In this document: positions 1 to 7,203 of the stretch, piece after piece
Position numbering within the stretch: position 1 is the stretch's first letter
How the letters are laid out: each line of letters opens with the position of its first letter
NCBI GenBank assembly: GCA_045536565.1
Contig: JAZSNU010000016.1
Coordinates: 1 to 35,334 of the forward strand
Length of the DNA: 35,334 bases
Direction of reading: 5' to 3'
DNA from: Clostridia bacterium
GTDB lineage: Bacteria > Bacillota > Clostridia > TANB77 > CAG-465
Notes under the pieces: model-generated
Database searches by the model: none
Told to the model about the DNA's origin: nothing
The model's input: the letters and a program-made list of their open reading frames with translations, nothing else
Program-made: the position numbers and the translations under genes

Positions 1-2
1 AT

Positions 3-737
3 GAGTATATTAAAAAGAAAAAAGAAGAAGGCGTTAGAATAACTCATATGGAGATTATTATTGCAGCTATTGGTAGAATTTTATACGAAAGACCACAGCT
101 TAATCGCTTTATAATGAACAGACAAATATATCAAAGAAATGAAACAGTAATGTCACTTGCAATAAAAAAACAAATGATGGATGAAGCTACAGAAACTACT
201 GTTAAATTCAAAATAAAACCAGAGGATACAATTTTTACAATATCTGATCAGATAAAACAAGTTGTAGAAGAAAACAAAAAAGTAACTACAAAAAATATAA
301 CAGATAAATTAGCAGATTTTATATTATCTTTTCCTAACTTCCTTATCAAAGGTGTAGTTGCAATAATAATGTGGATGGATAGGCATAATTTATTACCAAA
401 AGCTGTGATAGATGCATCACCTTTCCATACAAGTGCGTTTTTAACAAACCTCGGTTCACTTGGCATTGATGCTGTATATCATCACATATATGACTTTGGG
501 ACAACCAGTATATTCTTTGCTATGGGAAGTAAAAAATATGAAAAAGACATTGATGGAAATATTCAAAGTTATATAAATCTAAAAGTAGTGGCGGATGAAA
601 GAATATGCGATGGATTATATTATGCAAAATCTTTCTTACTTCTTAAAAGATATTTACAAAAACCAGAATTGTTAGAGGAACCTATAAATTTTGAAAGAAA
701 CAAAAAAACAAAAGAAGAAATTTTAGAAAACAAATAA
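3..737 (+). CDS. 2-oxoacid dehydrogenase E2 (acyltransferase catalytic-domain)-like protein, 5'-truncated by window edge
   Basis: Frame is open from nt 3 (EYIKKKKEEG...) into the listed ORF. Motifs 'TSAFLTNLGSLGI' and 'DERICDG' resemble the E2 catalytic domain (canonical DHRxxDG). Confidence 0.7.
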   Translation, partial: EYIKKKKEEGVRITHMEIIIAAIGRILYERPQLNRFIMNRQIYQRNETVMSLAIKKQMMDEATETTVKFKIKPEDTIFTISDQIKQVVEENKKVTTKNITDKLADFILSFPNFLIKGVVAIIMWMDRHNLLPKAVIDASPFHTSAFLTNLGSLGIDAVYHHIYDFGTTSIFFAMGSKKYEKDIDGNIQSYINLKVVADERICDGLYYAKSFLLLKRYLQKPELLEEPINFERNKKTKEEILENK

Positions 738-746
738 TATATTTTT

Positions 747-783
747 AATGGCTAGTATATAGTAATATATTAGCCATTTTTTT
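747..783 (+). terminator. Intrinsic terminator
   Basis: AATGGCTAGTATAT / ATATATTAGCCATT stem followed by a T-run, just after the stop at 737. Confidence 0.7.
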
Positions 784-811
784 CTATTGTGATTATTTTT
801 TGTAAAATTAC

Positions 812-840
812 TTGCATATTAACAAAAATAATTATATAAT
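812..840 (+). promoter_or_regulatory. SigA promoter of rny operon
   Basis: TTGCAT(812-817)-17 nt-TATAAT(835-840). Confidence 0.6.
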
Positions 841-1006
841 CTATCATAGGTGTATTAGATTTACACCTATGCAATTAAAAGTGACATAATGATTTAATAT
901 AATCAATATCAAATATATAAAAGATATACTTGAATAAAATCAAGTTATAAATAAATATGATAGATGTTGAACTTTGATAATTTTATATTTAAATGGAGGT
1001 TTTAAG

Positions 1007-2554
1007 ATGGTACCAATAATAGTAACATTTGCTATTACTGCTGCTATTGCCTCACCTATATTTTTTAGTATGGGTTCAAATCACAGAAGAAAAGTAGCTG
1101 AAAAAGAATTAGACAGTGCAGAAATGCAAGCAAAAAAAGTGATAGAGGAGGCAAAAAAAGATTCTGAGAGAATCAAAAAAGATGCGGCAGTTGAAGCAAA
1201 AGCAGAAACTTTAAAACAAAAAGAAGAAGCAGAAAAAGAAATAATTCATAGAAAAAATGAATTAAAAGAAACAGAAAAAAGAATTAACCAAAGACAAGAT
1301 TTACTTGATAAAAGATTTAATATTGTGGAAGAAAAAGAAAGTAGTCTTGCAAAAAAACAAAAAGACATTGAATTAAAAGAGGAAGCGTTAAAACAAAAAG
1401 AAATTGAAAAGAAAAATGAACTTCTAAGAATATCTAAAATGACTGTACAAGAAGCCAAAAAAGAATTAATGAAAAACTTAGAAGATGAAATGAAACAAGA
1501 AATGGCTGCATATATTATAGAAAGCCAAAACAAAGCAAAATATGAAGCAGAGAAAAAAGCGAAAACTATGGTTACAGAAGCAATACAAAGATGTGCTACT
1601 GACCATACAGCAGAAGCAACAGTATCTGTTGTAAATCTTCCTAGTGATGACATGAAGGGTAGAATAATTGGTAGAGAAGGAAGAAATATTAAGGCGATAG
1701 AAACACTTACTGGAATTGATATAATAATTGATGATACACCAGATGTTATTGTATTATCAAGTTTTGATCCAATAAGAAGAGAAGTAGCAAGAATTGCTAT
1801 TGAAAGACTTATGACAGATGGAAGAATACATCCTGGAAAAATTGAAGAGATGATTGAAAAAGCAAAAATAGAAGTTGCAAATACAATAAAAGACGAAGGA
1901 GAAAGAGCATTATATGAAACAGGTGTTATTAATCTTCACCCTGATTTAGTGCAACTTTTAGGAAAATTAAGATATAGAACAAGTTATGGCCAAAATGTTC
2001 TTAACCACTCTATTGAAGTTGCACATATTGCAGGACTTTTAGCATCTGAATTAGGTCTTGATGTATCGTTTGTAAAAAGAGCAGGGCTATTGCATGATAT
2101 AGGTAAATCAGTAGACCATGAAGCAGAAGGGACACATGTTGAACTTGGTGTTGAAATATTAAAGAAATACAAAGAGTCTGATAAGGTGATTAATGCTGTT
2201 GCAGCACACCATGGTGATACTGAGCCTCAAACATTAGAAGCGATACTTGTTCAAGCGGCAGATACAGTTTCAGCTGCAAGGCCAGGTGCTAGAAAAGAAA
2301 CAGTAAGTACATATATTAAAAGACTTCAAAAACTTGAAGAAATATGTGATGGATATAAAGGCGTTGATAAATCATATGCAATTCAAGCAGGTAGAGAAGT
2401 TAGAATTATTGTTAAACCAGAAGAAATTGATGATGCAGGGGCAGTTTTAATGGCTAGAAACATAGCAGCTCAAATTGAAAAAGAAATGAATTATCCTGGA
2501 CAAATCAAGGTAAATGTAATAAGAGAAACAAGAGCAATAGAAACAGCAAAATAA
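1007..2554 (+). CDS. rny: Ribonuclease Y
   Basis: N-terminal TM anchor, coiled coil, KH motif ([11 protein letters not shown]), HD domain (LLHDIGK, AAHH, QAAD). ATG at 1007 follows GGAGGT. Confidence 0.97.
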   Translation: MVPIIVTFAITAAIASPIFFSMGSNHRRKVAEKELDSAEMQAKKVIEEAKKDSERIKKDAAVEAKAETLKQKEEAEKEIIHRKNELKETEKRINQRQDLLDKRFNIVEEKESSLAKKQKDIELKEEALKQKEIEKKNELLRISKMTVQEAKKELMKNLEDEMKQEMAAYIIESQNKAKYEAEKKAKTMVTEAIQRCATDHTAEATVSVVNLPSDDMKGRIIGREGRNIKAIETLTGIDIIIDDTPDVIVLSSFDPIRREVARIAIERLMTDGRIHPGKIEEMIEKAKIEVANTIKDEGERALYETGVINLHPDLVQLLGKLRYRTSYGQNVLNHSIEVAHIAGLLASELGLDVSFVKRAGLLHDIGKSVDHEAEGTHVELGVEILKKYKESDKVINAVAAHHGDTEPQTLEAILVQAADTVSAARPGARKETVSTYIKRLQKLEEICDGYKGVDKSYAIQAGREVRIIVKPEEIDDAGAVLMARNIAAQIEKEMNYPGQIKVNVIRETRAIETAK

Positions 2555-2555
2555 A

Positions 2556-2586
2556 AAAGGGCGGCAATAGTAAAGCCGCTTTTTTC
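2556..2586 (+). terminator. Intrinsic terminator after rny
   Basis: GCGGC-AATAGTAAA-GCCGC followed by TTTTTT. Confidence 0.6.
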
Positions 2587-2606
2587 CTAAGATAGAAGGT
2601 GTTAAA

Positions 2607-3395
2607 TTGAAATTTTTAATTATAGGAGATGTTGTAGGAAGAAGTGGGCTTAATATTATAAAAAATAATATTAACCAAATTAAAGAAAAGGAAAATATAG
2701 ATTTTATTATAATAAATGGAGAAAATTCTGCAAATGGTAGAGGTATAAAAGAAAAGGAAATGAAAGAAATTTTTTCTTTTGGTGCTAATGTAATTACAAT
2801 GGGAAACCACTTGTATTATAGGAAAGAAGCAAAAACATTATATAAGAATATGGATAAACTACTTATACCTGCCAATGTTACCAATTTAGATGGACACGGT
2901 GTAAACATTCAAACAGTCAAAGGTAAAAAAATTGCTGTTATTAATTTACTTGGCAAAGTGGGAATGGGAGAACTTAATCAAGAAAATATATCAGATCCGT
3001 TTAAAAAAGCAGAAGAAATTGTAAAAGAGTTAAAATCTCAAAATGTAGATTATATATTTTTAGATTTCCACGCAGAAGCAACAGCAGAAAAAATAGCAAT
3101 GAGTCATTTCTTAGAAAATGATGTTACTTGTGTGTTTGGAACACATACTCATGTTCAAACATCCGATGAGGAAGTATACGAATCAGGTTTGGCGTATATA
3201 ACTGATGTTGGAATGTGTGGACCTAAAAATAGTGTGCTTGGATTAAAAAAAGAAATAGCTGTTGAAAGATTTGTAACTGGTGAAAGAATAAAATACGAGT
3301 GTAGTGATAATCCAGGATTTTTCAGAAGTGTAATTGTAGAAACTGATGATTCTACAAATAAAGCTATAAGTATAAAGAGATATAATATTGGATAG
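2607..3395 (+). CDS. ymdB: YmdB-family (TIGR00282) metallophosphoesterase
   Basis: GDVVG, NGENS, TMGNH, DFHAEAT, GTHTHVQT and TDVGM motifs; conserved rny-ymdB-spoVS order. Confidence 0.95.
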   Translation: MKFLIIGDVVGRSGLNIIKNNINQIKEKENIDFIIINGENSANGRGIKEKEMKEIFSFGANVITMGNHLYYRKEAKTLYKNMDKLLIPANVTNLDGHGVNIQTVKGKKIAVINLLGKVGMGELNQENISDPFKKAEEIVKELKSQNVDYIFLDFHAEATAEKIAMSHFLENDVTCVFGTHTHVQTSDEEVYESGLAYITDVGMCGPKNSVLGLKKEIAVERFVTGERIKYECSDNPGFFRSVIVETDDSTNKAISIKRYNIG

Positions 3396-3523
3396 AATAA
3401 AAGAGAAACTTAGAAATAATAAGGTAAAATATGCAATTTAACTATTGCATATTTTTTGTATATTAAGTATAATTTGGTTATAGGTTATTTATATAACTTT
3501 TGTGTACATAAGAGGAGGAGTTT

Positions 3524-3793
3524 ATGGAAATATTAAAAATATCAGCAAAGTCTAGTCCGAATGGAGTAGCAGGAGCAATAGCAGGATTAGTAAAAGAAAA
3601 TGGAAAAGTAGAAATGCAAGCAATAGGAGCAGGTGCAATTAATCAAGCAATAAAAGCAGTTGCAATAGCAAGAGGTTTTGTAGCACCTTCGGGTGTAGAA
3701 CTTACATGTACACCTTCGTTTACTGAGGTAACTATCGATAACGAAGAAAAAACAGGTATTAGGTTTACGGTTGAACCTAAAATTCAAATGTAA
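3524..3793 (+). CDS. spoVS: Stage V sporulation protein S
   Basis: LKIS.KS.PN.VAGAIA...QAIGAGAINQAIKAVAIARGFVAPSG signature; AGGAGGAG RBS. Confidence 0.96.
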   Translation: MEILKISAKSSPNGVAGAIAGLVKENGKVEMQAIGAGAINQAIKAVAIARGFVAPSGVELTCTPSFTEVTIDNEEKTGIRFTVEPKIQM

Positions 3794-3802
3794 GATAAAT
3801 TT

Positions 3803-3858
3803 AAATATATAGAAAAAGAGTTCGGGAATGGGTGTCCGAACTCTTTTTCTATATATTT
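3803..3858 (+). terminator. Long perfect hairpin/terminator after spoVS
   Basis: 23-bp perfect inverted repeat AAATATATAGAAAAAGAGTTCGG (3803-3825) / 3836-3858 with a 10-nt loop. Confidence 0.75.
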
Positions 3859-3949
3859 CACAAACTATTTATATTAAATATGCAGTAAATATATATTTTT
3901 TCGAGTATTTGTGGTAAAATATATGTATAATATTTTAATGGTGAATAAA

Positions 3950-5560
3950 ATGGAAAAAAGATATATAAATGAAGAAAGGTATAGAAAGACTGCAAGAACA
4001 AAAAATAGAAGACGAAGCATAGTAAAATCCACTAGAAATATTAATAGTAAAAATGTACAAAAGAATAAAAAATCTAACAAGAAAAAATACAAAGTGAAGA
4101 CCGGTAAATTAGTTAGATTTATTTTTTGCCTTTTAATATTATTAGTCATTGCTGTTTTTGCAAGAGTCATAACAAGAAAAGAAAATGACCCTTTCATACC
4201 AGTATTTTTTAATAATGATATAGAAGAAAATACACAAACTGTTAATATAGCAGTATATACAAATGCTAACATAGGTGCAAATAACTCAATTGTAACAGAA
4301 TTAGAACAATATATATATCCTATGTTACTTAAAATAAATAGCAACTATGAAATAAAGTATGAAGTTGTATCTAGTGTAAATAAAATAAATAACAAAGAAT
4401 ATGAAATAATATTAGATTCGGGTAGTGATATAAATTCGGTTGAAGTAAAAGATACAATAGATAAGATAATAGCCGAGAAAAACAAATATTATTATAAAGT
4501 GGAAAATGTTGATAAAGTAGAAATAAAGTCAGAAACCGAGTTGAAAATAACATTAAAAAATGAAGACGAGTATTTTATATACAACCTAAATATACCTATA
4601 TACAAAGAGGTTGAATGTTATGGAATATATAAAATAAAAAATAACTCAAACGATAAATTGGAACTTTCTAGAAAAGAAAGTGTCAATAAACAATATATTA
4701 AAAATATTAATATTATTAAAATAAATAGTGAAGAAGAAGCAACTCAAAAGTATAAAGAAGGAGCTATTGATGTATACTTTTGTAGTTCAACAAATAGTTT
4801 AAAAATGTTAGGGAAATATGAATATGATGTAAAATCATATAACAATGGTGAAGGAATATTTTTAATGTTTAATCCTAACTCTGTTATGACGAGAGAAAAA
4901 TATATAAGGCAAATTATAGCGTATAGCATAAATAGAGAAGAAATAGTATCACAAGTAGGAAATGGAACAGCAGAAATAATTGACTTACCATATATATATG
5001 ATGATGAAAAATATAAATATGATGTATATGCAGCAGAAAATATAATTCGTTCAAACTGTTATGAAAAACAAGGACTATATTATATGAAACATGGGAAGAA
5101 ATTTACATTAGAGTTAATAGTAAATAAAGATGATGAAGAAAGAAATAATATAGCAAATAAAATCAAAAATGATTTACTAAAAGTAGGAATAGATGTAAAT
5201 ATACATAAATTAAGTGAATCAGACATTCGTTCTAAGGTTTCAACTGGTAATTATGATATTTTACTTGCAAGTGTATATATGAACGAAAATCCTAATATTA
5301 ATCATGTACTAAATAATATTGTTGTAACTGAAAATATAGCAAATCAGATGGATACAATTAAGAGTGATAAGTTGGAAAATTTAGCTGGTAATTTAGAGAA
5401 ATTAAAGACTTGTATATCAGATGAAATAGGGATATATGGTATATACTCTAAACAGACATATGTTATTTATAAAAAAGGTTTAGATATATTTAAAAATATA
5501 AACTATGTTAATTTGTTTGGGGAATATTTTAATACGGAGGTAAATAAAAATGGCGTATAG
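3950..5560 (+). CDS. Divergent family-5 (oligopeptide/nickel-type) ABC substrate-binding-like protein with basic N-terminus and TM anchor
   Basis: 'IRQIIAYSINREEI', 'LELIVN...IA..IK.DL.KVGIDV.I...GNYDILL' resemble SBP family 5. Likely ATG at 3950 after GGTGA. Confidence 0.6.
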   Translation: MEKRYINEERYRKTARTKNRRRSIVKSTRNINSKNVQKNKKSNKKKYKVKTGKLVRFIFCLLILLVIAVFARVITRKENDPFIPVFFNNDIEENTQTVNIAVYTNANIGANNSIVTELEQYIYPMLLKINSNYEIKYEVVSSVNKINNKEYEIILDSGSDINSVEVKDTIDKIIAEKNKYYYKVENVDKVEIKSETELKITLKNEDEYFIYNLNIPIYKEVECYGIYKIKNNSNDKLELSRKESVNKQYIKNINIIKINSEEEATQKYKEGAIDVYFCSSTNSLKMLGKYEYDVKSYNNGEGIFLMFNPNSVMTREKYIRQIIAYSINREEIVSQVGNGTAEIIDLPYIYDDEKYKYDVYAAENIIRSNCYEKQGLYYMKHGKKFTLELIVNKDDEERNNIANKIKNDLLKVGIDVNIHKLSESDIRSKVSTGNYDILLASVYMNENPNINHVLNNIVVTENIANQMDTIKSDKLENLAGNLEKLKTCISDEIGIYGIYSKQTYVIYKKGLDIFKNINYVNLFGEYFNTEVNKNGV

Positions 5561-5723
5561 TGATAAAGAACTAAGTAATATGATAAACAATATATTAAAC
5601 GGTGTAGATATAAATGAACCGGTAGGATATGTTGACCAAAAACAAAGAGAATTCATTTCTTCTCTTCAAAATATGGTGGAAGATAGAGATGCAGCACTTA
5701 GAAATTATAGAAATTTAATATAG
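5550..5723 (+). CDS. Small hypothetical protein (57 aa, MAYSDKELSNMINNILNG...RNYRNLI)
   Basis: GGAGG at 5536-5540, ATG at 5550 overlapping the upstream gene's end, TAG at 5721-5723; below the ORF-track cut-off. Confidence 0.7.
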   Translation: MAYSDKELSNMINNILNGVDINEPVGYVDQKQREFISSLQNMVEDRDAALRNYRNLI

Positions 5724-5749
5724 TACTTGACATATGGTGTATAATATAT

Positions 5750-5836
5750 ATGTACCTTTTTCTAAGATATAACTTTCCTTAAAGAGTTACTTCTTGGTTT
5801 AAGGTGAAGAAATATTAATTTAAGGAGGTCATTAAC
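5750..5836 (+). promoter_or_regulatory. Probable rpsO (S15) autoregulatory leader
   Basis: Structured 5'UTR (ACCTT...AAGGT and TAACTT...GAGTTA pairings) ahead of AAGGAGG. S15 leaders are established in Firmicutes; the match here is by eye only. Confidence 0.4.
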
Positions 5837-6100
5837 ATGACAAAGGAAAGAAAAGCAGAACTTATAAAGACTTATGCACAAGGTGAAAATGATACTGGAA
5901 GTACAGAAGTACAAGTAGCATTATTAACTGAAAGAATCAATGAACTTACAGAACACTTAAAAGTTCATAAAAAAGACGAACATTCAAGAAGAGGTCTTTT
6001 AAACATGGTAGGTAAGAGAAAAAGTTTACTAAGATATCTTGAAGGAAGAGATATTGAAAAATACCGTGAATTAATTGCTAAATTAGGAATTAGAAAATAA
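5837..6100 (+). CDS. rpsO: 30S ribosomal protein S15
   Basis: [30 protein letters not shown] signature. Confidence 0.99.
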   Translation: MTKERKAELIKTYAQGENDTGSTEVQVALLTERINELTEHLKVHKKDEHSRRGLLNMVGKRKSLLRYLEGRDIEKYRELIAKLGIRK

Positions 6101-6108
6101 TATCTTAT

Positions 6109-6140
6109 AAGAAACAGTTCAAAATTACTGTTTCTTTTTT
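6109..6140 (+). terminator. rpsO terminator
   Basis: AAGAAACAGT / ACTGTTTCTT stem plus T-run. Confidence 0.8.
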
Positions 6141-6148
6141 ACTTTTTA

Positions 6149-6176
6149 TTGATAAATACATGAAAAAGTATATAAT
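6149..6176 (+). promoter_or_regulatory. SigA promoter of ncRNA copy 1
   Basis: TTGATA(6149-6154)-16 nt-TATAAT(6171-6176). Confidence 0.6.
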
Positions 6177-6182
6177 ATATAT

Positions 6183-6641
6183 ACTGGTTAATTTATATGA
6201 TATTGATACTAACTATGTATCAGGGATTGTATATTAATAATTGTGATTGCTAATTTAAGTAATAATTTACTTGCTTAGTAGCGGCGAGCGAAAGTGCAAG
6301 CATTCCACCAGTAGAAGAACTGTGAGAAGAGCTGATAGGCTATGGGGTGAAGTCGTAACTTTAAATTACTTATTGTGCTGTAAATCACATATTAATATAA
6401 ATTTAGCTATAATATTTTCATTGTATAGTCAATGGATTAGCTATTTAATAGTTTTATCGTGTGGAGAAACGATAAACTAGCAGGGGAGACAAGCAAAATC
6501 TGAATATAATAAATAATGTAGCTAGCAAATTATTTATTGAAATAAGTCAGATTCCTTGTGGGTATAAAGAGTTTTTCCGGAACTCTCCCGAAAGTCTATA
6601 AAGCAGAAAGGGCGGCACAAGTGGGTGTTGTCCTTTTTTTC
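6183..6641 (+). ncRNA. Unassigned structured ncRNA, copy 1 (cargo loop contains rRNA-identical segments)
   Basis: Own promoter and terminator (AAAGGGCGGCAC/GTGTTGTCCTTT + T-run, 6607-6641), no credible ORF, stems covary with copy 2. Confidence 0.7.
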
Positions 6642-6690
6642 TTTTTAAATATGTTATGTATCCAAAAATATCGAATTATCGCGTTAAATA

Positions 6691-6719
6691 TTGACAAATG
6701 TATTTTATAGTAGTATAAT
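6691..6719 (+). promoter_or_regulatory. Consensus SigA promoter of ncRNA copy 2
   Basis: TTGACA(6691-6696)-17 nt-TATAAT(6714-6719). Confidence 0.85.
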
Positions 6720-6725
6720 ATGTGT

Positions 6726-7120
6726 TGTAATAAATGATAATTGATATTAATTATGTATCAAGGTATATTAAATAATGTGCACACCTCCAAACAAAAACCA
6801 CATGTAATATAAAATAAAAGAATAAAAACAAATTGTTTTACTCAAAGAGATTAAATAAAATCGCATGCTTAGCACATTATTTTAATATAAAATTAGTGAT
6901 GAAGTCCAATGGGGTTGGACAGAACTATTTAATAGTATGAAAGTATATAACCGAGGATTACAAGTAATACTAGCAGAGTGATGGGACAAAATCTAAATCA
7001 GTAAAATAGAATTTTCCTTAGCCATTAAATTTTAGTTTATAAATGATTTAGTAGCTCTGTGGATAATTATCCAAATGTCCTAAACTTATGAGCGTCTCGT
7101 AGTAGACGCTCATTTCTTTT
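6726..7120 (+). ncRNA. Unassigned structured ncRNA, copy 2 (paralog of copy 1)
   Basis: Perfect promoter; terminator ATGAGCGTCT/AGACGCTCAT + T-rich tail (7088-7120); same ordered stems and conserved linkers as copy 1. Confidence 0.7.
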
Positions 7121-7141
7121 ATATAAAAATATATGGTTTAA

Positions 7142-7170
7142 TTGAATTTGTTAAAGATTTAATATATAAT
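7142..7170 (+). promoter_or_regulatory. SigA promoter of topB
   Basis: TTGAAT(7142-7147)-17 nt-TATAAT(7165-7170). Confidence 0.6.
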
Positions 7171-7203
7171 ATGCATATCGTAAAAAAAGATAGAGTGAGG
7201 AAA

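Noticed and set aside
3803-3858. MITE or mobile-element end
   Set aside because: Single copy positioned right after the spoVS stop; best explained as a terminator.
6270-6360. rRNA gene or rRNA pseudogene
   Set aside because: Only 16-17-nt matches, from different subunits, in non-operon order, with non-rRNA flanks.
6271-6480. 69-aa ORF (TTG start) in the ORF track
   Set aside because: No RBS, not preserved in copy 2, and it runs through the RNA stems and rRNA-like segments.
6768-6866. Minus-strand 32-aa hydrophobic ORF MRFYLISLSKTICFYSFILYYMWFLFGGVHII across the cargo loop of RNA copy 2
   Set aside because: No RBS or promoter seen, and hydrophobicity is expected from the T-rich complement of an A-rich loop. 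Revisit only if the RNA proves to be an RT template.
6183-7120. Assignment as group I intron, hammerhead, HEARO/omegaRNA, c-di-GMP or glycine riboswitch, T-box, 6S, tmRNA or RNase P
   Set aside because: Only short fragments resemble these (e.g. GTGATGA-AGTCC..GGAC-AGAA, in copy 2 only). Required cores such as P4-P6, CUGAUGA/GAAA, the T-box sequence and GAGGAAAGUCC are missing or not shared by both copies.
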